NCBI RefSeq assembly: GCF_046119375.1
Contig: NW_027362765.1
Location: 391,468,001 to 391,532,000, forward strand
Origin: Phyllobates terribilis
Lineage: Eukaryota
Reading direction: 5' to 3'
DNA: 64,000 bases
Below, one piece after another: positions 11,741 through 23,305 of this stretch. The notes under the pieces are model-generated. The model ran no database searches. It was not told the DNA's origin and worked only from the letters and a program-made list of their open reading frames with translations. A program made the position numbers and the translations under genes. Position 1 is the stretch's first letter. Each line of letters opens with the position of its first letter.

Positions 11741-11968
11741 GATTCGTTGCAGTTTTTTGTAAGTACACACATATCAGTATATAACACGCATACACAAACA
11801 CACAGACACACAGCACTGCTACATACATTTGCAAAAAAAAAATTCCCACCACCATCTCCCACACTCCTGAAACATCAGAGAGTGAGCAAACATCATTTTG
11901 GATTGCTCACAGGCTTCCCCATAATTCCCTGCAGCTATGACATGTACCAGATTATCACACCTTGTACA

Positions 11969-12509
11969 TGTCATGCAAGGTGTGGGAAAGACTAAGTGCA
12001 ACACAAAGGGAAGAGGGGAAGGGAGCCCAGACTCTAGGGAAAGGGGGAAGTGGAGACCTCCTAGGCTGATCTGATATCACCCTGTCTCCCCTAACGGTCC
12101 CTATATTGGTTCCTCACCAATCGCCGCACAGGAACCTAGACCCTGTATTTCCCTAGTGCTTGGCCCTGGATAGGAAAGAGGGGATGAGCACTAGTCGATC
12201 CCCACTAACTAAAGACAACAAGGAAGACAAACACGGGGGAAAGTAACTTAGCTTTAGCCGACTTCAGAGAGATAACTCAAAACATCCTCCAAGCATTCAC
12301 AAGGAAACATGTGAGTATAACCGGTGCAAACTCTGCTGTAAAGTGAAACTACTTATACACCCAGATCTGGTGCCAATTAGAGCAGGAGGGAGATAGCTGC
12401 TGGGTCCTAGTGTGAGACAGATTAGGAAGGTGTCTGTAATGCAAAACAGAGAGATCTTCTGCAACCAACTGCAGGGCGACTGTCTGTCACATCTGACACA
12501 CCCGTAACA
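11969..12509 (-). repeat. 3' LTR of the Gypsy element
   Basis: TGTCATGC...CCCGTAACA, immediately adjacent to the PPT complement GTACCCCCCC at 12510. Confidence 0.85.
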
Positions 12510-13669
12510 GTACCCCCCCGTCTACGAGTGGCCTCCGGACGCTCAGTACCAGGTTTCTCAGGATAAGAGGTGTGGAATGAACGAACCAACCTGGGGGCGT
12601 TCACCTCTGATGCAGAAAACCCACATCCTCTCTTCTGGACCATAACCCTTCCAGTGCACCAAGTATTGTAGGGAACGATGTTGTAGACGAGAGTCTACAA
12701 TCCTTGAAATCTGAAACTCCAGATTACCATCAAACATTACTGGGGGCGGCAGTAGAGGTGCGGGTTCAAGAGGTTCCACGTATTTCTTGAGGAAGGACCT
12801 GTGGAAAACATTGTGGACCTTAAGGGCCTGAGGAAGCTCAAGATGAAACGCTGCTGGGTTAATGACGGTGGTTATTTTATAGGGACCAATAAACCTAGGT
12901 CCCAGCTTACAAGAAGGAACTTTCAACCTTATATTCTTGGTAGACAACCACACAAAGTCATTCATATTCAGGTCTGGACCTGGCAAGTGTTTTCTGTCAG
13001 CCATGTGTTTATACCTGTCTCCCATGATCTTTCAATTAATCAGAACCCCCCGCCACACCGAGAGATGAAGCAAAACGTTCCTCCTCAGGAACTCCCGAAG
13101 CTCCTCCCTCACTAAAAGTACCAAACTGTGGATGGTAACCGTATGCACCAAAAACATGGACCTGACAGTGGATTCTTGATGGTGATTATTAATGGCAAAT
13201 TCTGCCAGCGGTAAGTAGGATGCCCACTCCTCCTGATTCTTGGAGATGAAACACCTGAGGTAGGTCTCTAAATTCAGATTGACACGCTCGGTCTGTCCAT
13301 TCGACTGAGGATGGAAGGCAGAAGAAAAGGACAGCTGCACCCCCAGTCAAGAACTGAACGCTCTCTAGAACTTGGAAACAAACTGGGTCCCCCGATCTGA
13401 CGCCACATCGGAGGGAACCCCGTGAAGCTTCACAATCTCATTTATAAACACCTGAGCAAGTGTCTTGGCATTTGGAAGTGGAGGTAAAGCGACGAAGTGA
13501 ACCATTTTACTGAACCTATCTACTACCACAAAAGCCACCGTTTTGCCTGCAGAAACTGGTAGGTCACTAATAAAATCCATGGACAAGTGTGTTCATGGCC
13601 TGCTAGGTATAGGTAGCGGAAGAAGAGTACCAGACGGACGGGTATGCGATGCTTTAGCACGCGTGCAAA

Positions 13670-14417
13670 TGTAATGCCAGTGATGCACTACTCTGCCATA
13701 GGTCACACACATGTGGTGTGCGGGTATTACCACTACACTAAGGCAGGAATAAAAGCAAAAGAAAATGTAGTTCGTGATGCCAGGGTGCACTGTATTAACT
13801 TCTGTTTCCTGGTGTGATGGTATGTAGTGCACCCGATTGTTCAGAAAACAGAGAGGCCAATAGGCTACTCATAAGCTTTTCTTGTTGCATACAAACACAG
13901 GTAAATCCAGACAGACGATTCAGTAGAGTTTCAATTTCAATGCAGCAAGCACAGTTACTTTCCAGCATGATAATGCAGATACATAAATGGTGCAGTGATT
14001 CCTAGGTACTATCTTCTGCTTATGTGCACAGTCTATTACAAAGCTGATTGCACCTGAGGCTGTTGTAGTCTCTGATATACACAGGAGATCTGAGTTTCCA
14101 TACCTGCTCCTTCAGCTTCCAGGCAAAGACCAGACACTACACTATAACATGTCTCCTTCTCTCTGGATGCTAAACCCAGGACCTGGTCATGTGGTCTAAC
14201 CATGTGACCTTATTGCCATATATGGAAAGCAGGGCTGGATTGTTAACTCTTTAGTAATCTGATAGCAGAACACAATAGGTACATCACTCTATGCATATAT
14301 AAAACATTCTGTACATTATCTGCAAAGGGGAAAATGAACATTGTGCAAACATAATGAGGTAGCTGCTAGATCTGTTACATCTTAAATGTACATACACATC
14401 AGCTTTGGGGCACCACA
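13670..14417 (-). mobile_element. Solo LTR inserted in the Gypsy integrase region
   Basis: Termini TGTAATGCC...GGGGCACCACA; TSD CAAA at 13666-13669 and 14418-14421; reverse complement begins TGTGGTGCCCC like the related LTRs. Confidence 0.85.
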
Positions 14418-14961
14418 CAAATACTAAAAGCATATACGTGCTCAATCATATCCCGATGCAACCCCGGCCACCAAAAACAACGAGAGAGGAGGTCCGCGGT
14501 TGCCTTACCACCTGGATGACCAGCAAGCACAGTTTGATTTGTTCCTTAATCACTTTGCGGCACAGATTAGATGGCACAAATAACCTTCCTGAAGGGCAGG
14601 AGGCAGGAGCATCCCCCTGAGCCTCCAACACCTCACCCTCCAGTTCAGGAAACAATGCCGAAATGACTAACCCTTTCTGTAATATTGAGGCAGGGGTCTC
14701 ATGGTCATCGCCACCACGGAAGCTCCGAGACAAAGCATCAGCCTTGACATTTTTAACCCCTGGACGAAAAGTGAGAAAAAAAATTGAACCTAGCAAAAAA
14801 CAGGGACCATCTGGCTTGCCTAGGGTTGAGACGTTTAGCTGACTGGAGATATGACAGGTTCCTATGGTCAGTAATAACAGTAATAGGATGGACAGCCCCC
14901 TCCAACCAATGTCGCCATTCTTCGAATGACAATTTGATCACCAAAAGTTCCCTATTACCCA

Positions 14962-15957
14962 TGTGGCACCCCAGAGGGTCTGGTTGCCACAGTGGTATTG
15001 CCTCCCTTAAAAGAGGTAATACCATGTCTGGAGGCAAGCAGGGGTTTCCTGGTCAGGAACATAATACATGCAACACTTCCTGGCTGCAGGCCAGCAAGGG
15101 GAGCTCCTCCCCTTGGCAACTGGATCTGGAGGCGGGGTTAGTTTAGTCAGTGTCGGGGAGTTGAGTTCAAGACATTGAAGAGAGAGGAGCTAGGGACTGG
15201 AGCTGGAGATAGCTCGTCCTAGCTGATCATCACAGAGAACCGGACACCGGAGTCCAAGGCTGTGGGACCCTTCAGGACCAGCAGCGGATAAAGTAGGGCA
15301 GGAGATTGCAGGTCTCCTGGCCCCCATTAGACCCCCGGAGGCTCAGCAGCACCGAGGGACCAGTACCGCCAAGGAGGAGTGAGGCATCCACAAGGCCCGA
15401 GCTGCCAGCCATACAGGTGAGCACAGCACGTTACACTCAGGGACGTGGGCTACAACACAGCTACAAGCAGAATAGCCAAAAGAGTATAGTGAGAACGGCA
15501 GGCCTACAACTCCACCTGTCCAGGGGGACTCTATGCTTGCTCCCAGACTGACCAGACTCTTATCTCTAGCCAGTAGCCAGTACTCCAGTCCAGGCCTGTC
15601 TAATTGCTACCAGTAAAGACCCTGGGACTGCACTATACGGACTCTGTGGTTATTTCTGCACCGCGACACCCTGCACAACCACCATCATCCACACACACTG
15701 CCCTGAAGCTAACTCTTCCTGTGGGGAGTTATACCACCTTTGCTGCTATACCACCGGCTTCAGAGGACTGTTCCGCAGCGGCGCTCTCTATTAACTGCAC
15801 TCCACAGGTGGCGTAGTCGGACATTATATAACCTATATACATCTACTACCCTTGGATTGACCACCTGGGTCACGGACCGGCTCACCGCCACTGTGACTAC
15901 AACCCCCAGCATCTACCGGCCCGGCTCCGGGTACCCCACAGCCCAGGGGGCGCGTCA
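14962..15957 (+). mobile_element. Solo LTR inserted in the Gypsy RNase H region
   Basis: TGTGGCACCCC...GGGGGCGCGTCA; TSD CCCA at 14958-14961 and 15958-15961; splits the motif ERNYDVG|NRELL. Confidence 0.92.
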
Positions 15958-18289
15958 CCCACGTCATAATTCCTCTCAGCTGAAGACAATTTTTTAGAAA
16001 AGAAAGTGCATGGACGCCTTTTACCAGGGGACAGATCAAGAGACAACACAGCCCCAACCCCCACCTCAGATGCATCAACTTCCACAATAAAGGGTTGAGA
16101 AACATCGGGTTGGCTGAGTATAGGTGCCGTGGCAAAACAATTCTTTAAGAAAGAAAAGCATGAAGGGAGAACTCCGATCATTTGGAAAAATCAGAACCCT
16201 TCTTAGTCATGTCAGTAAGGGGTTTCACAATTACTAAGTAATTTTGGAAGAATTTCCTGTAAAAATTAGTAAAGCCCAGAAAATGTTGTAGAGCCTTTAG
16301 GTTCTCGAGGTGGTCCAAATCAAGGACTGCATGGATTTTCTCCGTATCCATCTGAAGATGACAACAAGTACTCCAAAAACTGCACCTCCTGAACAGCAAA
16401 AATTCTATGCCAAACTAGAGAAATGTGTTTGTTATCCCTTAATATCTGTAGCACCTGTATAACATGCCCCCGATGTGTCTAAAAATCAGGTGAGTAAACC
16501 AAAATATAGTCCAGATAGACCACCACAAACCTCCCCACCAAATGATGGAAAATATAATTTATGAAATCCTGAAACACCGCAAGTGCGTTGGTCAAACCGA
16601 AAGGCATAACCAGACTCTCAAAATGCCCCTCAGGGGTATTGAACGTTGTTTTCCATTCATCCCCCTCTCTGATTCTAACCAGATTGTAGGCTCCCCTTAA
16701 ATCCAACTTGGAGAATACCTTAACTCCCACAACCTGGCTGAACAAATTAGGAATCAGAGGAAGAGGGTATGGGTCTCATATGGTAATTTGATTTAATTCC
16801 CGGAATTCTAAACAGGGACGTAGACCGCCATCTTTTTTCTTCACGAAGAAGAACCTTGCTGCCACGGGCGAAGATGAGGGCCTAATGTGTCCCTTCTCCA
16901 GACTTTCCGCAATGAAATCCTTCATGGCTTATCTCTCAGGGCCAGAAAGATTATACAGTCTGGACTTTGGTAGTTTAGCTCCGGGGTTCAGATTATTAGG
17001 ACAGTAATAAGCACGATGAGGAGGCAAATCCTGACACCCCTTCTCAGAAAAAACGTCCTCAAAACCAGACAAAAATGAAGGTAAGGTCTCTGTAGAGACT
17101 GTAGAAAGGGAAATATTTAAGCAGTTCTCAGGGCAGTAATCTCCCCACTCAATGATCTCCCTGGATTGCCAATCCACCAACGGATTATGTTTCACTAATC
17201 AGGGAAGACCCAAAACAATTGGGGTGGGAAGACTGTCCAGGACATAGCAGGGAATTGTCTCACAAACTGGCCCCACCCTCAGTTTTAAACCATGTACAAT
17301 CAGAGTCAGAGCTTTCTGTGCAAGTGACGCTGAGTAGATGGCGAAGATGGGAATGGGCTTAGCTAAAGTACAGCAAGCAAGACGATGAGTTCTCACAAAC
17401 TCAGCATCAGCCATGCTGACTCCAGCTTCACTGTCAACAAATACAGAAATTTTTTCGGTTTTGCTCTCTAGCACCACCTCTGCTCTAAGGACAAACCGGG
17501 AACTGCAGGTTGACGATAAATGCACCCCTTGCTTATCCAACTCCAGACTACCACGGGTTAATAGAGTTTCTCTTTGCTTAGGAATCGAAGGACAGGCCCC
17601 AATAAAATGTAACTTTTTCCCACAAAAAACAATACGCCTTTTTTTTGCAAATCTCCGGGGAAATGGACGATGCATGGGTTCTTCCACCTCCCCCCGTACT
17701 GGTTCACTGCTAGACCGCGCCCCCAGCAAAGGAACATTACCCCGAAAAGAAGGCTCCGGAGAAGGTGGTCTCACCCACCTATCCCGAAGGCGTCTATCAA
17801 CAAGTATAGCCAATGACATGGCAGCCTCCAAGGAAATTGGGGTTTCATACACTGCCAAAGCATCTATCAACTTTTCAGTAAGGCCCTGACAAAATTGGCT
17901 TCTAAGAGCTGGGTCATTCTATTTTGTATTACTTGCCCATCTGTGGAATTCAGAGTTGTACGTCTCCACTGACTGATACCCTTTATGAAGGCAACGCAAC
18001 CTAGACTCAGTCAAGGAGATTCGGTCAGGGTCATCATAAATGATAGCTAGATCCCCAAAAACACCCTCCACAGACTGGAGACACACCGAACCCTGCGGCA
18101 AAGAGAAAGCCCAGGATTGAGGATCTCCTTGCAGCAGTTAGATCACAATTCCCACTCATTGCTCCTTATCTCCAGAGGAGTAAGGACGAAGTTTAAAATA
18201 CAGTTTGCAAGCTTCCTTGAACACAAAAAACTTGCCCCTATCTCCTGAAAACCTGTCCGGGAGGGCAACCTTGGGATCAAGCTGGACCG

Positions 18290-18661
18290 GCCTGAGCACT
18301 GGACAGTCCCTACTATAAACTAAAGACAACAAGGGAGACAAACAAAGGGGGAAAAACTTAGCTTGAGCAGACACCAGAGAGATAACACCAAATGTCCTCC
18401 AAGGGCACCAGAGTGGAAGTGAGCCGACTGCTATTGCTCCAATCCTTCACAATGGAAAATGAGAATATCACCGACAACTCCCTGAAGCAGACTGAGAGTT
18501 TATAAACACCCAGACCAGGGTGTGTCAATCAGAGCAGGAGGGAGGTTGCTGCTGGGTCCAAAAGTCAGAAGGATTAAGAAGGCGTCTGCAATGCCAAACG
18601 CAGTGACCTTCTGCAGCCAGATCCAGAGTGACTGTCTGCTACATCTGACACACCCGTGACA
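18290..18661 (-). repeat. Truncated 5' LTR of the Gypsy element, fused to gag by a deletion
   Basis: Homologous to about 12185-12509 (CTAAAGACAACAAGG.AGACAAACA; ACATCTGACACACCCGT.ACA); distal LTR, PBS and gag start are missing. Confidence 0.8.
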
Positions 18662-19095
18662 CCTGTAGAGTGAAAGCTCTTTTGGTCAGCAGGGTCTTCT
18701 CTCTCTGTCTCTCTCTTCTGTAGAGTGTAAGATTTTATGGTCAGCAGGGTCCTCTCTCTCTCCTGTAGAGTGTAAGCTCTTATGATCATCAGGGTCCTCT
18801 CTCTCTCTCTCTCCTGTAGAGTGGTCAGTGGGGCCCCCTCTTTTCTATAGAGTATAAGCGTTTATGGTCAGCGGGGTGCTCTCACCTGTAGAGTGTAAGC
18901 TCTTATGGTCAGCGGGATCCTCTCTCCTATAGAGTATAAGCTCTTATGGTCAGAGTTGTCCTCTCTCTCTCCTATAGAGTACAAGCTCTTACAGTCAGCA
19001 GGGTCCTTTGTCTCCTGTAAAGTGTAAGCTCTTATGGTCAGTGGGGTCCTTTCAGTCCTGTAGAGTGTAAGATCTTATGGTCAGCGGGGTCCTCT
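18662..19095 (+). repeat. Tandem array (about 40-48 bp unit) resembling an L2/MIR-type 3' tail
   Basis: Repeated CCTGTAGAGTGTAAGCTCTTATGGTCAGC(A/G)GGGTCCTCTCT; similar to recalled L2 tail CTAGACTGTAAGCTCC..GAGGGCAGGG. Confidence 0.7.
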
Positions 19096-20015
19096 CTACA
19101 AGCTTTCCAGTATTGAAATTTGTGTAGATTTATTAGCTGCAAATTGAATTTTTTGGGAAAACTTGTCAAAGTCGACGAATTTGAATTTGAGAAGATCCAG
19201 TCATCTCTAGTGATGGGTACTGTGTCTACAATGAAAACAACAGAGAATACAATTTAATTAAACTAGATCTGATAATGTTCCGCATAGATGGACCCTAAGA
19301 ATCAGGGGAACCCGATTCCCACAAGTCCAAGGAACCCCAGTCCTGTTGCTGCACCTCTACTTTTAGAACAGCATCTTTTCATAAAGGGTGATTGTTGACA
19401 AGGTGAGAAGTCAGCTCAGTAATCATTCCATAAGCTGACACATTCAGAAAATAAATATGTATTGATATATTCAGTGTTCTGTTCACTAATGACCATTGAC
19501 AAGTGGAATCGATATTCATTGGTAGCATGAGGAGCTAAATGCTAATCACGTAATTTTCCAGTAATGGCCGTTATTGACTGTAATGCAGAGAACAATTCTC
19601 CCATACCATCACTATCTCATTAAAGTGGATCTAGCAGGTTTGTTTTTTAACAGGATAGATGGGGGCTGGACTGGGGGGTATATATGGTTATATGGCATTT
19701 GCTATAGTATTGTCAGACCAGTCGCGTAATTTCTTTCAATCTGGTCCCTAAAATGCTGGATTCTTGGCATTGCTTAGTCACTGTTCAGACTCTGTCTGGC
19801 AATAGTAGGTCATAGACTTGTATAATGACAATGATAGCAGCTTTCCCGGTGCATGCACAAAGACAGGTGAAGCATGATGTGAATAAGCCCTTATCACAGT
19901 CTTGTTCTCACTTTCAGCTACTTTCTAATGAAGAAATGTAGAAAGAAGCAGCTAACAAGGAGAATTTTTTTGGACTCTAGCAATGATACTTTATAGACAT
20001 TAATGGTGGTGCATG

Positions 20016-21237
20016 TGTAGCACCCTGAGGATTCGGCTGCTACAGGGGTATTGCACCTCAACCCAGAGGTGTGATATTCCACTCCCGGGTAAGGATGGAG
20101 AGTGGATCTGAGCTCGGTAGGCTGCATGCACTACATACATCCCATTTCCGAGGAACAGGCCGACGGTACTCCCACTTAGAAATGTGCAGGTACGACCGAG
20201 TCTGTTCCTGGCTGGAGTGGGAGGGGGGTGGTACATCCCAAGTAGTGTAGGGGCAGATAGGGGGAGCAGCCTGGGTAAAGTTAGGAGCTCATTGGGTGCT
20301 GGTCACCTGAGCTCACACATAGAGGGATATATAAGGCGGGCACCAACTAGAATCAGGGTCAGACGCAGAGAGTCAGATGCAGAGAGGATCAGCTGCAGAG
20401 AACAAGTCAGGAGAGGAGAGAAGAAAGACCAAGACCCAGAGTGAGAGAGGAGAAAAGAGAAAGACCCAGAGCACAGAAGAGTAGGGACCCAAGAACCCAA
20501 ATCAGAGCACCGGGTGAGGAGTCAGCAAAAGGGTACCGGAACCCAAACTGGTGGGGGTAAAAACAATCCCCAGCCAGAGACCGGAGACCGTGGGCAGTGT
20601 CTGCCACGGTCACCCACCACATTCACCCCGAAGGCACACCACATGAAGGGTCAGGGAACCCAGGGCCAAGGGTGTCCCAACAGAAGGCCCGAGGGAGCTG
20701 GACCTAGGTGGATCACTGGTGGGGACGGCTGAAGAAAGGACAGAGGGAGAGCTCAGGGCCACGCTCCGGACTTGTTTGGGGGTTGGCTGGATCCAGGACC
20801 TGGTGGACGCAGCACGGCTCGGGTGGTCACTAGCAGCTGGAGTGACCAGTACAACATCTGCAGTAAGTAAACACCCTTAACTGCACAACCCGACTCTGTC
20901 TTCACTGCCGTCTGCACTACACCACCACAACCCCCATCCTCTGCGCCTGTCCCCTCTAAGGCTATACCCCTCCCGTTGGGGGTTATTTCACCAAGCTGCG
21001 CACCCACCATCAGCCTCAGCGGACCCTGCTGCAGCGGCGGCCACAGTGACCGCATCACAACGGGTGGCGTAGTCGACACAAAAGAACTTTAGTAACATCT
21101 GTAGAACTGCCACATCACACTGAGCTTGACGCCCTGGGCACGGGACCGGGTCACAGCCGCTCGGAGACTACAAACCCCCATCTGATCCGGTGCCGGGTAT
21201 TCCCCTCAAAAAGGAATATGTCCCAGGGGGCGCGTCA
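20016..21237 (+). repeat. 5' LTR
   Basis: TGTAGCACCC...GGCGCGTCA; near-identical to 23755-24976; TATA-like GATATATAAG near 20325. Confidence 0.95.
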
Positions 21238-23305
21238 GCTTTGGCGTAGTCGGCAGGATTACGTGCCCGCAACAACCGGGTACTGCGTGCCTGAAGAAAA
21301 GTGCAAGTTTACCTCAGAAAGAAGTCTCCTGCCGGTTCCGGAGGGTCCCCGCCATCGGACCCCATCACCAGTCGATTCCAGCCGGTTGTCCGCCATTAAC
21401 AGCGTTTTCCCGCCATCTGCAGAGTTTCCCGCCACTGGGAAGCGATTCCCGCCAAAACCGCAGATTTCCCGCCTTGGAAGAGCAGCGGACGCCATTATGG
21501 GCGTGCCAAAGGGGGGCAGGAGGCCACCTCCCATCGTGGGCCAGGACAGGAAATGGCGCCAAAAGTGGAAACCGCCCCCACCAACAGAGACTGTGATGCT
21601 GGAGGTGTCTGTCAGCGTGAAAGAACTACCCCTGGAGCTGACAGTCACCGAGTTGCCCCGGGACCGCCCTCGAAGTGGGAGGAGACGAAAGAGAAGAGAA
21701 AAGATGGGTGTCGCCTGGAGCAGTCTGGAGCGAGCGCACCCGGAGGCAAGAGGTCTAACGAGGAGTAGCGAAGGAGCTCACCCGGAGATGGAGAGAAAGC
21801 AGAACAGCACCGGCCCGCTGGCCAGGAGTCTGCTAGAGACCGAGGAAGGAGGGCAGAGCAGCACCGGCCCGCTGGCCAGGAGCCTGCCAGAAGAAGAGCA
21901 GAGCAGCACCGACCCGATGGTCAGGAGCCTGCTAGAGTCCACAACCCCGCTAGGTCTAGCGGAGATCTTAGCGCAGCTCCCCCGAGACCGGGAGTGTGCA
22001 CAGACTGCCCTGGAGGGCCTCGCACGGAGGATGGCCCGGGTACAGCGCGAGATACTGGCGGAGTGGAGCCGGGAGATGACCCAGCAAGCTGAGACCAGTC
22101 AACGGAGCACGCTACCCTGGAAGAGGAAGGAGACCGCCTCTGAGGATGGCGCGGGAGGACCCAAGGCCGGAGACGGCGCCGAGAAGGGAGCCGAAGGGGA
22201 CGCCTATACCCCAAGCCGTGACACCGCTTGCCTGCCCCAGCTCCCCGTCGCAGAGCCCGAAAGTCCCCCTGCTGTGCCCGTAGCCGCCATGTCACCGCTA
22301 TGGACTAGGCCCCGACCGGAAGCCGCCGCAGCGACCCCTGTGACGTCACGCGCCTCGACCCGGAGCGTGACAAAGCAGGAAATACCACCAGCCTGGTCGC
22401 AAGGCCTAGTACCCCCGGGCGCCGCATCACCAACAGCGCCCCCTACCTCCGCGGAGCCTCCGGCCTGGCCGCAAGGCCAGGTAGCCCAGGGCGCCGCCGT
22501 CCTAACGGTGCCCTTCACCTTCCAGGTGCCCCAGGCCTGGCCGCAAGGCCTGGGCAACCCGGGCGCCACCACCACCGCGCCCGCGCCCGTAAAACCAAGG
22601 GTGCCACACCTGGGGGAGGACTTGTTCAGCCAGCTCACATGGCCGGACGGGCGGCCCTTCATCTGGCCCGAAGGATACCATGAGCTGGAACGGCAGCAGA
22701 AACTAAGACCCCTGGATGAACCCCTGATTCCGGCTCCGAAGCCCGTGGCACGGATCTCGCCCCCGCTAGCGGAAGCACAGTTTGAGTGGGACCCCACCGG
22801 AGAAGATCTAATGGGGTTCACTCAGGAAACTAGGGCAGCTGCAGCAGAGCGCGCTGAGTGTTGCCGACAGCAGCTCGAAGAGTTCGCGAGGGAGCGGAGA
22901 GAGAGGCGGGTCCGGGAACAACAGGCCCAAATAAGGAGCGCCGAGCAAAAGAGCCGGACCAGGAGGGACCCCCGTGCAGCGCACAGTCCCCGTACCACCA
23001 GGACTGTAATCAAGTTTAACCAACAGCACGGGTGGGGCTTTATCAGAGACAACAACACCCTCGGCGACGTCTTTGTCACGCGCAGAGACGTGGAGTCCCA
23101 TCTGCCGGAGGGGCACAGAGGTCGTGACCTCTACATCGGAGACGAGGTCACTTTCACCCGGCACAAGTGTGCCAAAGGACCTTACGCCCTCCACGTACAC
23201 CGCTTGACGGAGGAGGAGTTGCGGTACGGGGAGGAGGAGCCAGAGGACCCGGATGGGTCTGAAGCAACACCATACCAAGAAAAAGCAGGAGGGAGCCGTC
23301 GTTGA
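21218..23305 (+). CDS. Low-complexity/coiled-coil protein with C-terminal cold-shock domain (695 aa from the first ATG; about 602 aa from the ATG at 21497)
   Basis: Uninterrupted 2.1-kb ORF; 23000-23206 encodes RTVIKFNQQHGWGFIRDNNTLGDVFVTRRDV...LYIGDEVTFTRHKCAKGPYALHV with RNP1-like GWGFI and RNP2-like DVFV, as in CspA/Y-box/Lin28 CSDs. Confidence 0.8.
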   Translation: MSQGARQLWRSRQDYVPATTGYCVPEEKCKFTSERSLLPVPEGPRHRTPSPVDSSRLSAINSVFPPSAEFPATGKRFPPKPQISRLGRAADAIMGVPKGGRRPPPIVGQDRKWRQKWKPPPPTETVMLEVSVSVKELPLELTVTELPRDRPRSGRRRKRREKMGVAWSSLERAHPEARGLTRSSEGAHPEMERKQNSTGPLARSLLETEEGGQSSTGPLARSLPEEEQSSTDPMVRSLLESTTPLGLAEILAQLPRDRECAQTALEGLARRMARVQREILAEWSREMTQQAETSQRSTLPWKRKETASEDGAGGPKAGDGAEKGAEGDAYTPSRDTACLPQLPVAEPESPPAVPVAAMSPLWTRPRPEAAAATPVTSRASTRSVTKQEIPPAWSQGLVPPGAASPTAPPTSAEPPAWPQGQVAQGAAVLTVPFTFQVPQAWPQGLGNPGATTTAPAPVKPRVPHLGEDLFSQLTWPDGRPFIWPEGYHELERQQKLRPLDEPLIPAPKPVARISPPLAEAQFEWDPTGEDLMGFTQETRAAAAERAECCRQQLEEFARERRERRVREQQAQIRSAEQKSRTRRDPRAAHSPRTTRTVIKFNQQHGWGFIRDNNTLGDVFVTRRDVESHLPEGHRGRDLYIGDEVTFTRHKCAKGPYALHVHRLTEEELRYGEEEPEDPDGSEATPYQEKAGGSRR
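21242..21260 (+). promoter_or_regulatory. Primer binding site complementary to the 3' end of tRNA-Ser (AGA/UGA type)
   Basis: TGGCGTAGTCGGCAGGATT, 4 nt after the 5' LTR; complementary to recalled vertebrate tRNA-Ser ...AATCCTGCCGACTACGCCA. Confidence 0.9.

Larger units (their letters stand above)
12558..18290 (-). pseudogene. gag-pol remnants with many stops and frameshifts
   Basis: ORF-track pieces 12558-13025, 13032-13340, 13365-13586, 14446-15037, 15897-17195, 17199-18374 carry consecutive Gypsy motifs. Confidence 0.9.
11969..18661 (-). mobile_element. Decayed chromoviral Ty3/Gypsy LTR retrotransposon with two nested solo LTRs
   Basis: Minus-strand order: truncated 5' LTR, gag (LPDRFSGDR..FKEACKLYF), protease-like (SVFVDSEAG), RT ([40 protein letters not shown]), RNase H ([21 protein letters not shown]), integrase (SMDFISDLP, SDRGTQF, HPQSNGQTER), chromodomain (QYLVHWKGYGPEERMW), PPT GGGGGGGTAC, 3' LTR. 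Confidence 0.93.

Noticed and set aside
21218-21496. ATG at 21218 as the true start of the CSD protein
   Set aside because: It lies within the LTR and reads through the PBS and motif-rich leader; the ATG at 21497 has a better context. Not excluded, but unsupported.
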